Shown: positions 9,337 through 19,700, counted from the stretch's first letter. The stretch is DNA of 57,551 nucleotides from Candidatus Magasanikiibacteriota bacterium (GCA_015661005.1 JACTTX010000006.1:1-57551), one strand, 5' to 3'. Numbers and translations: made by a program. The notes: generated by a model not told the origin, from the letters alone.

Positions 9337-9979
9337 CATGTTAATTCCATTATTACTAATGGCATAGACTATATCTTCATCCGTCTCCAAACTAATTTGG
9401 AGGTTAGGAGTTGGCGTATGATTGAAGTTTTAATTCCCGATTATCGGGTACCTTCTATCTCACTCCGAAATTTCGGAGATCAGTCGTTACAGGGACCTTG
9501 CGCAAAAAATTCTTTAACCGTTAAAGAAGTGTTTTTCCTCTTTTTTGAGTAGTTCAATTCTTTAAACCGATCAACTAATTTCCCTATTACCAACAGATTT
9601 TTCTGGCCAAATTTCTCCGGCCATTTCTTTTCTATCTCAAAAGCAACTTTCGCGTGATTTCTCTTAAGGCGTAAATATGGATAGAGCATACGAAGTATCT
9701 CGATCACATAATTTTTGCCAACGATGGTATATTCAGTCATCTCGTCTTTCCGATCTCGGATATATCCGTATCTTTTCTTCTGACGAGTTGAAACATCACA
9801 CAACCATCGCCATCTAAGAAACCCGCAATATATGCCTTTTCTGAATCTGTTAGCATAGCTTATGCAATTGGTCTTCCCACGGTATTACCCAAAAATTCAG
9901 TTCGTTAAATCTTTTGGGTTTCACCGTTATTAGCCAAATTTGTTATAGCATATTCCTATGCTAGAACGCAATGTAAATT
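9337..9979 (-). mobile_element. Group I intron 2 in 23S at GAACGU | CGUGAGACAG (the I-CreI-type site, E. coli about 2593)
   Basis: Exon junction U | intron ... G | CGUGAGAC. It has the GAAGAUAUAGUC core and shares blocks with introns 1 and 3 (GUCGUUAC.GGG, CUUCCCACGGUAUU, CACCGUUAU). Confidence 0.8.
9480..9856 (-). pseudogene. LAGLIDADG homing endonuclease, frameshifted
   Basis: An N-terminal 39-aa frame (9737..9856) holds the motif YIAGFLDGDGCV. The C-terminal 107-aa ORF (9480..9803) is in another frame (ILRMLYPYLRLKRNHAKVAFEI, NYSKKRKNTS). The frames switch at an A-run near 9773-9778. Confidence 0.7.
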
Positions 9980-10012
<33 letters not shown>

Positions 10013-10043
10013 TGGCGAACAGCCAAACCCTTGGGAGCTTCTC

Positions 10044-10084
<41 letters not shown>

Positions 10085-10607
10085 GGGTCGTCGATATGGA
10101 CTCTTGGACCCGATCAGCCTGTTATCCCCAGAGTAACTTTTATCCGTTGAGCTTCCACCATCCTATATTGAATGGTCGGATCACTAACTTCCGCTTTCGC
10201 GACTGCTTGACTTGTAGGTCTTGCAGTAAAGCCGGCTTGTGCGTTTGCGCGTCCAGCCCGGTTTCCATCCGGGCTAAGCCGACCTTTGTAAACGCCTCCG
10301 TTACTTTTTAGGAGGCAACCGCCCCAGTTAAACTACCCGCCAGACACTGTCTCTCACTCCGGATTCACGGAGCGGGATGAGAATGAAAACAACGCAAGGG
10401 TGGTGTCTCATTGGCCCCCGGCTTGCGCCGAGGTCCCACCTACGCTGAACATGCGAAGTTCTCACCCAATATCAAGTTGTAGTAAAGCTTCATGGGGTCT
10501 TTTCGTCTAACCACGGGTAAGAGGCATCTTCACCTCTCTTGCAATTTCGCCGAGTCCCTCGTTGAGAGAGTCGTCAAGTCGTTATGCCATTCGTGCGGGT
10601 CGGAACT

Positions 10608-10873
10608 CCATACTTATTCATTATGTTGCCATAATGTTTAGACTATACCTTCATCTTTCACAATTCGCATGACACGATTTGGTGAAAGAGCCGACGTGTT
10701 GATCATTATTCAATGATCCTCGCCTTGCGGCTAAGTCGTTACGGGGTCACTCCAACATCACGTCAGAGGACTTCCCACGGTATTCCCTCAATGAGGGTTC
10801 ACCGTTATGAGTCGGTTTACTTGTACCACGTTACCGCGATACTCGGGCAAGTGTTTCCCGCATGGAACATTGT
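10608..10873 (-). mobile_element. Group I intron 3 in 23S, ORF-less (site near E. coli about 1951; 5' boundary +/-3 nt)
   Basis: It separates ...GUCGGGU(GA) from AGUUCCGACC. The intron ends in G. It has the AGGUAUAGUC core and is homologous to introns 1 and 2. Confidence 0.7.
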
Positions 10874-10895
10874 TCACCCGACAAGGAATTTCGCT

Positions 10896-11185
10896 CTTCG
10901 TGTTACTCGATTTTAATCGAGACGCCAGATGCGTTCTGCATGTCACCATGCAGTTCGGACTATGTCTTCATCAAATTATTTGACGTTTGGCGTGTAGTCT
11001 CTGAGGGTTATGTAACACAATATTACATTCTTCCCTGCTGATTTTCCGCACCGACAGAATTGTTACTTCGTGTTGAAGTACCTGCGGATACTCGGATGTT
11101 CCAGCATATAGCCAAATTTTCTCTTTACATCTCCGTGGCAACGGAGTTCGAGAGGAGGTCTGTACCTCACTAAGGCAGCAATTCC
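10896..11185 (-). mobile_element. Group I intron 4 in 23S, ORF-less (between AAGGU and AGCGAAAUUCC, E. coli about 1931)
   Basis: The 5' exon ends in U and the intron ends in G (..CACGAAG). Core element GAAGACAUAGUCCG is present. Confidence 0.75.
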
Positions 11186-11199
11186 ACCTTAGGACCGTT

Positions 11200-11980
11200 T
11201 GCTATTGTTACTCTCTGTTTACAACAGAGAGGCGTAGTATTTCTGCTACGCTCTTCATATCGCTATGAAGACCGGACTATATCTTCCCCGGCTACTTTCC
11301 GAGGTCTGACGTATAGTCTCTGAGGATTCTCTCATGGATCAATGAGTAATGCCCATATGAACATTGTGAAGGTCATATTTACGCTTTCGACCGCGCCCTT
11401 CATTGAGAACAGCGCGATATTTCATAATCTCATTAAACCCTTTTGGTTTGTGATGTTCACCCGCAAACATTTTACGAATAATTTTTTGAAAGATCAAAAA
11501 ATTTCGTTTTTTTGTCGCGGAGAAGAAGCGAAACTTTAGAAAAAAAGGAATGATGCGTTCATATAAGGCGCGAATACTCGTCACCTCATAATAAACGACA
11601 CCATCTTTTCTCTCTCGGAGAGTTCCACAACCTAGATACCGCTTCATAACTATTAAGACAGTTTGATCCAGTTGTGAAACATTAAAGCTCGCCGCAAGTT
11701 TCCAACCCATTCTATGATCTGGAACCTTTTTCACGGAAACATTAAAACTACCTTCACCATCGGTGAAGCCAGAAATATACCAACCGATATGCAATGGTAT
11801 TTGTTTCAGCCATTTATTTTTCGACATAGATTTTTAATGCTATGCCTTGAGAGTTTCCTGCGGATTGTCTGCACTTCTGGCATTGTTACTGCTGTCTCGA
11901 GCGGACAGTTAGTAGCCGAAGATACTCCAGAGTTTCCCGCAGATAGTCAGATTTTTTTACGTAACTACAACGGTCAGTTT
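11200..11980 (-). mobile_element. Group I intron 5 in the 23S helix-69 loop (CUAUAA | CGGUCC region, E. coli about 1917; boundaries +/-3 nt)
   Basis: It interrupts CCGUAACUAUAA...ACGGUCCUAAGGU. It contains GGGAAGAUAUAGUCCGG and an intact LAGLIDADG ORF. Confidence 0.75.
11339..11827 (-). CDS. LAGLIDADG homing endonuclease (single-motif, I-CreI-sized, 162 aa)
   Basis: WYISGFTDGEGSFNVSV motif. The ORF lies entirely within intron 5. Confidence 0.85.
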   Translation of the reverse strand: MSKNKWLKQIPLHIGWYISGFTDGEGSFNVSVKKVPDHRMGWKLAASFNVSQLDQTVLIVMKRYLGCGTLRERKDGVVYYEVTSIRALYERIIPFFLKFRFFSATKKRNFLIFQKIIRKMFAGEHHKPKGFNEIMKYRAVLNEGRGRKRKYDLHNVHMGITH

Positions 11981-12771
11981 ATAGTTACGGCCGGCGTTCA
12001 TCAGTGCTTCAGATCAAGGCTACCTCCGACTTGCGCCGGAGTTGACCCATCCCCTTAACATTCTGACACTGGCCAGGCATCAGCCCATATACATCACCTT
12101 ACGGTTTCGCATGGACCTGTGTTTTTGGTAAACAGTCGCTTGACGTCGTCAGCTGCGGCCCTGAAATCTTGCGAAGTCAGGGCAAGGCTTATCCCGAAGT
12201 TACGCCTGCTGTTTTGCCGAGTTCCTAAACGAGGGTTCTCTCGTACACCTTAGTATATTCTACCCACCCACCTGTGTCGGTTTCCGGTACGGTTGCAATG
12301 GTTTCAACGATCGCAGAACTTTTCTGGGCACCAGTTTGACACGAATCGGATCCGTCCGAAGACTTCACCTCTTTCTTGCGAAACGCGAATAACCGAATCG
12401 CGCTCACATCTGGCCAATGCGTCCTTCTGCCATCTCCACCACCACAGTGCAGGAATATTAACCTGCTCTTCCATCGCCTACGCCTTTCGGCCTGAGCTTA
12501 GGATCGACTAACCCTGGGACGATTTGCGTTGCCCAGGAAACCTTGGGTTTACGGTGGACGGGGTTTTCACCCGTCTTTGTGCTACTTATGCCAACATTCT
12601 TTCTTCCGTCCGCTCCACGGGTCCTCGCGGATCCCGCTTCACTGCTGAACGGAATATTCCTCTACCACTTGTTCGCTTGCGCAAACAAATCCGCATCTTC
12701 GGTACTATGTTTAGCCCCGGTACATTTTCGGCGCGCAGCAGCTAGACCAGTGAGCTGTTACGCTTTCTTTA

Positions 12772-12802
<31 letters not shown>

Positions 12803-14461
12803 TTGTCTGCGCCGCGACACCACCTTTCACACTTAACATAGATTTAGGGACCTTAAATTGCGGTCAACGGCTGTTTCCGTTTGGACGATGAAGCTTAGCC
12901 CCCACCGTCTAACTCCCGTGTTGTAATCTCTGGTATTCGGAGTTTGGTTAAAGTCAGCAGGATTGCTCCCCTGACCTCATTCAGTGCTCTACCCCCAGAG
13001 GGATCACACGAGGCCAACCCTAAAGTTGTTTCGAGGAAAACCAGCTATCACCCAGTTCGATTGGAATTTCTCCCCTAACCACAACTCATCCTCTAGTTTT
13101 GCACGGCTAGTAGGTTCGGACCTCCCCTCGTATTTCTACGAGGTTCATCCTGGTCATGGTTAGCTCACCGGGTTTCGGGTCTTGTATGCGTTACCAAAGG
13201 AACATTGAACGTCACGACGTAAATCGCGACATTCAAAATTCCTAAACGCGCTTTCACGCTTGCTTTCACTGCGGCTTCGTCCCGTAAGGACTTAACCTAA
13301 GCAACGCACAGCAAACTCGTTGGCTCATTCTTCAATAGGAATACCGTCACCCAGCAATTTCATCTTGCGATGAAACGCTTGAGCTCCGATTCCTTGTAAG
13401 CGTATGGTTTCAGAAACTATTTCATTGCCCTCACCGGGCTGCTTTTCACCTTTCCCTCATGGTACTTGTTCACTATCGCTTATCAAACGTATTTAGTCTT
13501 GGGACATAGTCGGCCCAACTTCCATCGGGATTTCACGAGTCCCGACGTACTTAAGCGCAGAAACCAGCGAATGAACGCGCGATTTAAAATACCGGGCTCT
13601 CACCGTCTTTGGCGCCGCGTTCCAGCGGACTTCTTCTATCGCGTTTCTCTCGCCGTGCGAATATAGGTTCACACCGTCTCTGACTTATAACGCCGCATCA
13701 GCAACGGCCTACACCTTGGACTGGACATTCCGACCGAATCTTGCGACCCGATTTTCCTGAACAGAACACTGATGCGGTTTAGACTGTTCCCCGTTCGCTC
13801 GCCACTACTAAGGGAATGTTACACGAATTTTTTTCACGACGTTCATGATTCGCGCCGTGAAAAAAATCGTGCGCATTTTTTATTTTCCTCTGGGTACTGA
13901 GATGTTTCACTTCCCCAGGTCTTCCTCACGCCCCTATGAATTCAGTGCGTGATGACGCTGATTATGCATCAACGCCGGGTTTCCCCATTCGGACATCCAC
14001 GGATCACCGATTGCTTGGGATCTCCCCGTGGCTTATCGCACCCTGCAACGTCCTTCGTCGTCGTTTGATAGCTAGGCATCCACCATACGCTCTTGTAGCA
14101 CGTCACTCTAGCACCAAATGGTGCTTTCAGTTTGTGTTGCCTCTTACTTCTTACTCGTTCTTTGAATTGTTAAGGTTCCGGTCTGGTCCGGCGGCTGGCC
14201 GGATCGGCGGGCTCCGTCTGTTCATCGTGTTGGTTGAAACCAGTTCAACTCGCGATCAACACCCAGAGACGCCGCTCCTTAAATTTTTACCACCTTTAGA
14301 AAACAAAAGAACCGCGATCAAGCGGCTCAACAAAACCAACAAAATTGGTCAGGTCCGCTTGCGAATGATGAGTAATTTTTTGCTTTGTGTAAACATTTTT
14401 ACTCGTCAAACCCAGCGGCCCGCCTCCAAATCGTGCGTGGGGCCTCCTTAATTCTTTGCGC

Positions 14462-14490
14462 AGTATATAAAGGAAGGGATTAGCCGTCAA
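14462..14490 (-). promoter_or_regulatory. Sigma70-type promoter for the 23S-5S unit
   Basis: Minus strand reads TTGACG, a 17-nt spacer, then TATACT. It lies about 340 nt upstream of the 23S 5' end. Confidence 0.65.
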
Positions 14491-14513
14491 GAGGCGTTGG
14501 GGATATCCTGTGG

Positions 14514-15311
14514 CTACTTTTTTTCCACGGCCTCATATACCCCGCCCAAACGGATCTCACCAAAAGCCAAATACATCCAAGTTAAAGCGGCAAAAAAACC
14601 AAAATGCGCCAAATAAATAATCTGATATTCCGGCATCTTAAAAATGTCTTCAAGAAGTTCGTACAGAGTGTTGGGCACGATGGCTAAAATGATCAGTATT
14701 ATTCCAACCATCAAACGTCCGCCAAACCCGGCCAGAAGCGGGAACTGAAGCCGCACGCGCCGGACGGAAAGCCAAGCCATAAGCGCGAGCAAGACAACGA
14801 CGCCGGAATAAATATACGGCGCCGCTTTATCCGGTTCCAGAGAAATTAAACTTCCTTTGACAAAGAAAGCCGTAAAGAGAGTAAGCGCCGCGAATATCAA
14901 AACGCCAAGGAGAATCAAAATACCGGGCCCGCGCTCTTTCCGCGCCCGAAAAATAAATTCTACGCCCATTAAAATCAACAGCAAACTCACGATGAATAAA
15001 TTAGCCACGTTGGCAAAAGTGGCATCCTGATATTCGCCAAAGAATTTAAAACCGATGAATTCCGCCAAATGCGAAGCGACAAAAACCAGCAGAGCGATGA
15101 GACAGGCGGTAACGAATTTTTTAAGAATCGGATCGGTAATTTTTGGCGGTTTGAAAAATCGCGTCAGCGCTAAAACAACATAGATGGCGGCCAAGAGATG
15201 AATGAGCCCGGTTTCATAAAAAATTTTTCCGCTCAATTCAACCACCATGATGATAGCCAGCAAAGTGACGAGCAGAATACCGAGGGAGCTTTTTGATTTT
15301 TGAATGGACAT
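14514..15311 (-). CDS. Polytopic membrane protein, unknown function
   Basis: About 8 hydrophobic segments. I recognise no motif. Confidence 0.5.
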   Translation of the reverse strand: MSIQKSKSSLGILLVTLLAIIMVVELSGKIFYETGLIHLLAAIYVVLALTRFFKPPKITDPILKKFVTACLIALLVFVASHLAEFIGFKFFGEYQDATFANVANLFIVSLLLILMGVEFIFRARKERGPGILILLGVLIFAALTLFTAFFVKGSLISLEPDKAAPYIYSGVVVLLALMAWLSVRRVRLQFPLLAGFGGRLMVGIILIILAIVPNTLYELLEDIFKMPEYQIIYLAHFGFFAALTWMYLAFGEIRLGGVYEAVEKK

Positions 15312-15424
15312 AGGAGGAGAGAAGCTGGAGACTGGAGACTAGAAGTTTAAGAGCAATTTATTTGGGTGTTTATATATTAACACACTTCCCTTTAAACCCA
15401 AAAACAAGCGCTGGCAAAATTACG

Positions 15425-15616
15425 TCAGTACGCCTGACCGCAAAAACCATTACCCAGCCGAATCTGCTCCTGCAATTTCTGCTTCACAAAAAAATCAAAC
15501 TCATGGAAATAAATATTGGCGAAAAACTGGGAAGTTAAATTTCCAAACGGCAACCCTTTCCCTGGGAGGTGTAGGGTAATTTTTTTGACTAATACTCTTA
15601 AAAAGGATACTATCAT
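15425..15616 (-). pseudogene. Reverse-transcriptase fragment (DGR/retroelement-type motif 4 only)
   Basis: GKGLPFGNLTSQFFANIYFHEFDFFVKQKL resembles the RT finger/palm segment G(I/L)P(I/L)GNLTSQ..AN.YL.ELD. No YxDD motif follows, and the upstream motifs are absent. Confidence 0.55.
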
Positions 15617-15619
15617 GGC

Positions 15620-16012
15620 ATGAGCTATTTAGCAAAACAACTTTCATACTGGCGGAAATCTGCTGAAGAAGTTATAAAGACGGCAGATATATTATTCAAA
15701 AGCAATCGTCTTGACGCCTGTCTTTTCTTCTGCCACCTTGCCTTGGAAAAATTGTTGAAAGGTTTGGTAGTACAAAATACTAATGCCCCTGCGCCTCCAC
15801 TTCACGATCTCACAAAACTCGCAGATATAGCGCAAATTGCTTTATCATCAAAGCAAAAACAGGACCTTCGCACAATCACTATTTTTAATATTGCCGGACG
15901 ATATGATGATATAAAATTATCATTCTACAAAAAGTGTACACCATCTTTCACCAAAAAATATTCTGATATTACTAAAACATTAGTCTTATGGCTAAAAAAA
16001 AGCTACCATTGA
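15620..16012 (+). CDS. HEPN-domain protein
   Basis: The helical pattern ACLFFCHLALEKLLKGLV ... AGRYDD is typical of the HEPN partners of minimal nucleotidyltransferases. Confidence 0.7.
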   Translation: MSYLAKQLSYWRKSAEEVIKTADILFKSNRLDACLFFCHLALEKLLKGLVVQNTNAPAPPLHDLTKLADIAQIALSSKQKQDLRTITIFNIAGRYDDIKLSFYKKCTPSFTKKYSDITKTLVLWLKKSYH

Positions 16013-16314
16013 TAGTCAAGAAAAATATTAATGAATACATCGCGGCGCTCAAAAAAGACCGCTTACCAATTGAGCGGGTTATTCTCTTCGGCTCCTATGC
16101 CAAAGGAAAACAGCACCGATGGAGCGACATTGATCTTTGTATTGTCTCTTCAAAATTCAAGGATGCGTGGCGGGCGCTCCAGTATTTGTGGTCAAAACGC
16201 ATTTATGATTCCGGAATAACAATTGAGCCGGTCGGTTTCTCCAAACGTGACTTTAAATATCCGTCGTCGCTGATTGCAGAAATTAAACGAACTGGCATTG
16301 ATATACCAGTCTGA
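15988..16314 (+). CDS. Minimal nucleotidyltransferase (MNT) partner of HEPN
   Basis: Signature LFGSYAKGKQHRWSDIDLCIV (GS...G...SDxD). It overlaps the HEPN gene by 25 nt. Confidence 0.75.
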   Translation: MAKKKLPLIVKKNINEYIAALKKDRLPIERVILFGSYAKGKQHRWSDIDLCIVSSKFKDAWRALQYLWSKRIYDSGITIEPVGFSKRDFKYPSSLIAEIKRTGIDIPV

Positions 16315-16393
16315 TAATCTTCTGCGGGTTACACTCCGCGGCACGCGGGAATCAAAAAATCATGCCCGCTGTGAATCCTGAACATTACCAAAG

Positions 16394-19300
16394 CTAAATC
16401 CAAAAATAGATTGGCAAGTCATTAGAAAGCGCCGCCGCTTCCGCTTTCCGCGATTTGGCCAACGCGTACTCTGAAGCGAGTGTCGCTTTTTTAATGACGG
16501 CTTCATTCCGTTCAATAAAATTTTTGAGCGCCGCGTCATCAGTCCAGAAATTAACGACGACCGTATCCTTGATGGTGAGGTCATGATCTTTTCGCAAATT
16601 ATTTACAAAGCGGATGATCTCGCGGACTTGTCCTTTTTCTTTTAACGCCGGAGTAATTTTTGTGTCCAGAGTAACTTTGGACTGAAGGCCGCCATCCGAA
16701 ATTTCCACCTCCTCAATATTAACTTCATCTTTGATGAGATCAATGAGCCGCCGGTCCTTAATCTCTCCTCCAACTACCGTGAGCTTGCCCAAAATCTGGC
16801 GCACGGGGATGCTGGCGCGAGCGCGCGCCTCCAGTCCGGCGCTACAGATCTCCCGCACTTTTTGCATTTCTTTGAGAAGTGTTTCATTGATTAATTTTTT
16901 GTTGTGTGTCGGCCATTCGGTCAGATGAACGGATTCACTTTCACCACCAAGCTCAACGTGAATTTTCTCTGCAATAAATGGCGTGAACGGGGCCAAAATT
17001 CTGGCCAAAGTCAGGAGAATATGCCGCAAAGTTTCTTGGGCTTGGTTTTTTTCTGGAACGTCATCGCTTTTGAAACGCGAACGACTGCGCCGCACATACC
17101 AAATGGAGAGATCAGTAATGAACGCACTGATTGGACGCGCGGCGTCTTGAAGCTGGTACGCTTCCATTGCCGTTGTTACTTCTTTAATGAGATTGTTTAG
17201 ACGCGCGATGATCCATTCGTCAAGAATGTTGGTGGAGTTTGACGGGTGGGCCGTGGGGACTCGGGGTAACTCGTCCCGCGACCTCGGACGAAACGGTCGC
17301 GGATCCGAGTTACCCCTGCGTCCCCCGTTCGCGCCCGACGCTTCAAACCCCGCGCCGTACAACTTGTAAAACTCCACCACATTCCAAAGAATCATCAGCG
17401 TTTTTCTCTGCACTTCCTGCACGCCCTTTTCGGAAAAATTCAAATTTTCAGCGGCCATGACTGGCGAGGTCAAAAGATAATAACGCAAAGCGTCTGCGCC
17501 TAACTTTCCGATCACGTCCATCGGGTCCGGATAATTTTTGAGCCGCTTGCTCATTTTGGCGCCGTCTTCAGATAAAACAATCCCATTCACAATCACATTC
17601 AAAAACGCCGGTTGGTCAAAAAGGGCGGCCCCTAAAACCGTCAGCGTGTAAAACCAGCCCCGCGTCTGATCCTGTCCTTCGGCAATAAACTGCGCCGGAA
17701 ACTCGCGGCTGAATTTTTTCTTATCGCCAAACGGCCAATGCCTTTCCGCATAAGGCATGCCGCCGGATTCAAACCAGCAATCCAAGACCTCCGGCACGCG
17801 GCGAAAAATTTTTCCATCGCGTTCAATTAAAATTTTGTCCACAATGTGTTTGTGCAAATCATCAATCTCTTGTCCGGATAATTTTTCCAATTCCTCTCTT
17901 GAACCAATGACAATAATTTCTCCGTCCTCGGCGCGCCAAACCGGCAGGGGCGTGCCCCAATAACGACTGCGGGAAACCGCCCAATCGCGAGCGTCTTCTA
18001 ACCATTTGCCAAAACGGCCTTCCTTGATATGTGTCGGCACCCAATTTATTTTTTTATTGGCGGCGAGCATTTTGTTTTTGATGGCCGTCACTTTAATGAA
18101 CCACGAGCTCGTCAAATAATTCAAAAGCGGCGTGTCACAGCGCCAACAGTGCGGATAGCTGTGCGAATATTTTTCACTGGAAAAAATTTTTTCGCGCTCT
18201 TTCAAATAGACGATGATTTTTTCATCAGTGACTGGCGGATTTTTCTGCGGCTTGACCGGCAAACCTTTAAAATCGGAAACGGCTGAAACAAAATGACCAT
18301 TGGGAAGGACGTGTTGAACCAGAGGAATTTTTTCCCGCTGGCCAATCTGAAAATCATCTTCGCCAAAAGCCGGCGCAATGTGCACAATGCCGGTGCCGTC
18401 GGTTACGGTTACAAAATCACCGGCCACCACGCGGAAAGCATTTGGCGTGTCAGCAAAATAAGGGAAAAGCGGCTCGTATTGCGCGCCAATTAACTCGGCG
18501 CCAAGCGCGGTTGCCACCGGCTTGGGCGGTGTGCCGTCTTTTGTGCCGAAAATATAAATCGCGCGATCTTTTGCCACCCAAAACCAAGCATCATCTTGCG
18601 CGATGGCGACGTATTCAATGTCAGGATTCACCGCCAGAAGCACGTTCCCGGGAAGCGTCCACGGCGTGGTGGTCCAAGCCAAAAAAAATTGAGCCGTGGT
18701 AGACGGCGGGCGCAGGGGTGTCTCGGAGCCGCGACCGTTTCGTCCGAGGTCGCGGGACGAGACACCCCGAGCCCGCACGGAAGATCTGTCAATAATTTTA
18801 AACTTGACCACCACGGCCGTGTCCTCAACGTCTTTGTAGTTTTGCGTTACTTCAAAATTGGAAAGCGGCGTTTCGCATCTAGTGCAGATGTGCATGGATT
18901 TTTTTCCTTCATAAACCAAACCCCGTTCGTGCAATGTCTTGAACACCGCCCAAAGCGATTCCATATACTCTGGGTCCATTGTTTTGTAATCGCGCTCCAT
19001 ATCAACCCAGCGGCCAAGGCGATGGATAACTTTTTTCCACTCACTGGCGTATTTCAAAACCGTGGCGCGGCACGATTCGCAAAATTTTTCCACGCCGTGA
19101 TCCTCAATGTCTTTTTTGGAAACCAGTCCCAATTCTTTTTCAATTAAATTTTCAATCGGCAAACCGTGGCAGTCCCAACCCCAACGCCGTTCCACGCGGT
19201 ATCCTTTCATTGTCCAGTATCGCGGCACAACATCTTTCAAGAGCGACGCCACGATGTGTCCGTAATGCGGCAGGCCGGTGGCAAACGGCGGACCGTCGTA

Positions 19301-19414
19301 AAAAACGTACGGCTTCCCAGCCGGTCTTTGCGACACGGATTTTTCAAATGTTTTTTCTTGATCCCATTTGGCCAGAATCTCCTCTTCCATTTTTGGAAAA
19401 TCAAAGGCGGGCAT
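16394..19414 (-). CDS. ileS: Isoleucine--tRNA ligase (type 2), carrying two in-frame palindrome insertions
   Basis: PPFATGLPHYGH (HIGH motif), AWTTTPWTLPGN, KMSKRL (KMSKS motif). The ORF is continuous over 1006 aa. Confidence 0.9.
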   Translation of the reverse strand: MPAFDFPKMEEEILAKWDQEKTFEKSVSQRPAGKPYVFYDGPPFATGLPHYGHIVASLLKDVVPRYWTMKGYRVERRWGWDCHGLPIENLIEKELGLVSKKDIEDHGVEKFCESCRATVLKYASEWKKVIHRLGRWVDMERDYKTMDPEYMESLWAVFKTLHERGLVYEGKKSMHICTRCETPLSNFEVTQNYKDVEDTAVVVKFKIIDRSSVRARGVSSRDLGRNGRGSETPLRPPSTTAQFFLAWTTTPWTLPGNVLLAVNPDIEYVAIAQDDAWFWVAKDRAIYIFGTKDGTPPKPVATALGAELIGAQYEPLFPYFADTPNAFRVVAGDFVTVTDGTGIVHIAPAFGEDDFQIGQREKIPLVQHVLPNGHFVSAVSDFKGLPVKPQKNPPVTDEKIIVYLKEREKIFSSEKYSHSYPHCWRCDTPLLNYLTSSWFIKVTAIKNKMLAANKKINWVPTHIKEGRFGKWLEDARDWAVSRSRYWGTPLPVWRAEDGEIIVIGSREELEKLSGQEIDDLHKHIVDKILIERDGKIFRRVPEVLDCWFESGGMPYAERHWPFGDKKKFSREFPAQFIAEGQDQTRGWFYTLTVLGAALFDQPAFLNVIVNGIVLSEDGAKMSKRLKNYPDPMDVIGKLGADALRYYLLTSPVMAAENLNFSEKGVQEVQRKTLMILWNVVEFYKLYGAGFEASGANGGRRGNSDPRPFRPRSRDELPRVPTAHPSNSTNILDEWIIARLNNLIKEVTTAMEAYQLQDAARPISAFITDLSIWYVRRSRSRFKSDDVPEKNQAQETLRHILLTLARILAPFTPFIAEKIHVELGGESESVHLTEWPTHNKKLINETLLKEMQKVREICSAGLEARARASIPVRQILGKLTVVGGEIKDRRLIDLIKDEVNIEEVEISDGGLQSKVTLDTKITPALKEKGQVREIIRFVNNLRKDHDLTIKDTVVVNFWTDDAALKNFIERNEAVIKKATLASEYALAKSRKAEAAALSNDLPIYFWI
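17255..17325. repeat. GC-rich 71-bp palindromic element, copy A, inside ileS
   Basis: GGGGACTCGGGGTAACTCGTCCCGCGACC-TCGGACGAAAC-GGTCGCGGATCCGAGTTACCCCTGCGTCCCC. It is translated as ..GGRRGNSDPRPFRPRSRDELPRVP.. Confidence 0.85.
18706..18776. repeat. GC-rich 71-bp palindromic element, copy B (inverted relative to A), inside ileS
   Basis: Its reverse complement aligns with copy A over the full length, with paired (compensatory) differences in both arms. It is translated as ..RARGVSSRDLGRNGRGSETPLRP.. Confidence 0.85.
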
Positions 19415-19432
19415 ACGCTGAATATCGGGTAA

Positions 19433-19699
19433 TTAATTTATTTTGATAATTTCCAGTGTCGCTTTCACTGTGGCATTATGAGTCGGCAACAACACCACCC
19501 GCCCCGGATAATCCTTAAAAAGCGGAGTCAAAAATTCATCGGCCCACGATGGCGTCAGAACCTGCACACCGTCAAAATCTATTTCAATTTTTTCTTGTTC
19601 ATCCTTTGGCAAGCTGTACGCCTTAGCCGCCAGATAGGCCTCTTTCCCCGCCGGCCGCGATGTCAAGACAAGACCAAATTTTTTTAATTCAAGACGCAT
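19433..19699 (-). CDS. DUF4325/STAS-like small protein
   Basis: 88 aa. The pattern TSRPAGKEAY...IEIDFDGVQVLTPSWADEF resembles STAS-like DUF4325 partners of GHKL ATPases. Confidence 0.5.
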   Translation of the reverse strand: MRLELKKFGLVLTSRPAGKEAYLAAKAYSLPKDEQEKIEIDFDGVQVLTPSWADEFLTPLFKDYPGRVVLLPTHNATVKATLEIIKIN

Positions 19700-19700
19700 A

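Noticed and set aside
16394-19414. Whether the ileS palindromes are inteins or introns.
   Set aside because: They are far too short (71 bp) for either. They have no intein blocks and no group I or II core. They are simple hairpins translated in frame. Removal at the RNA level cannot be excluded without expression data.
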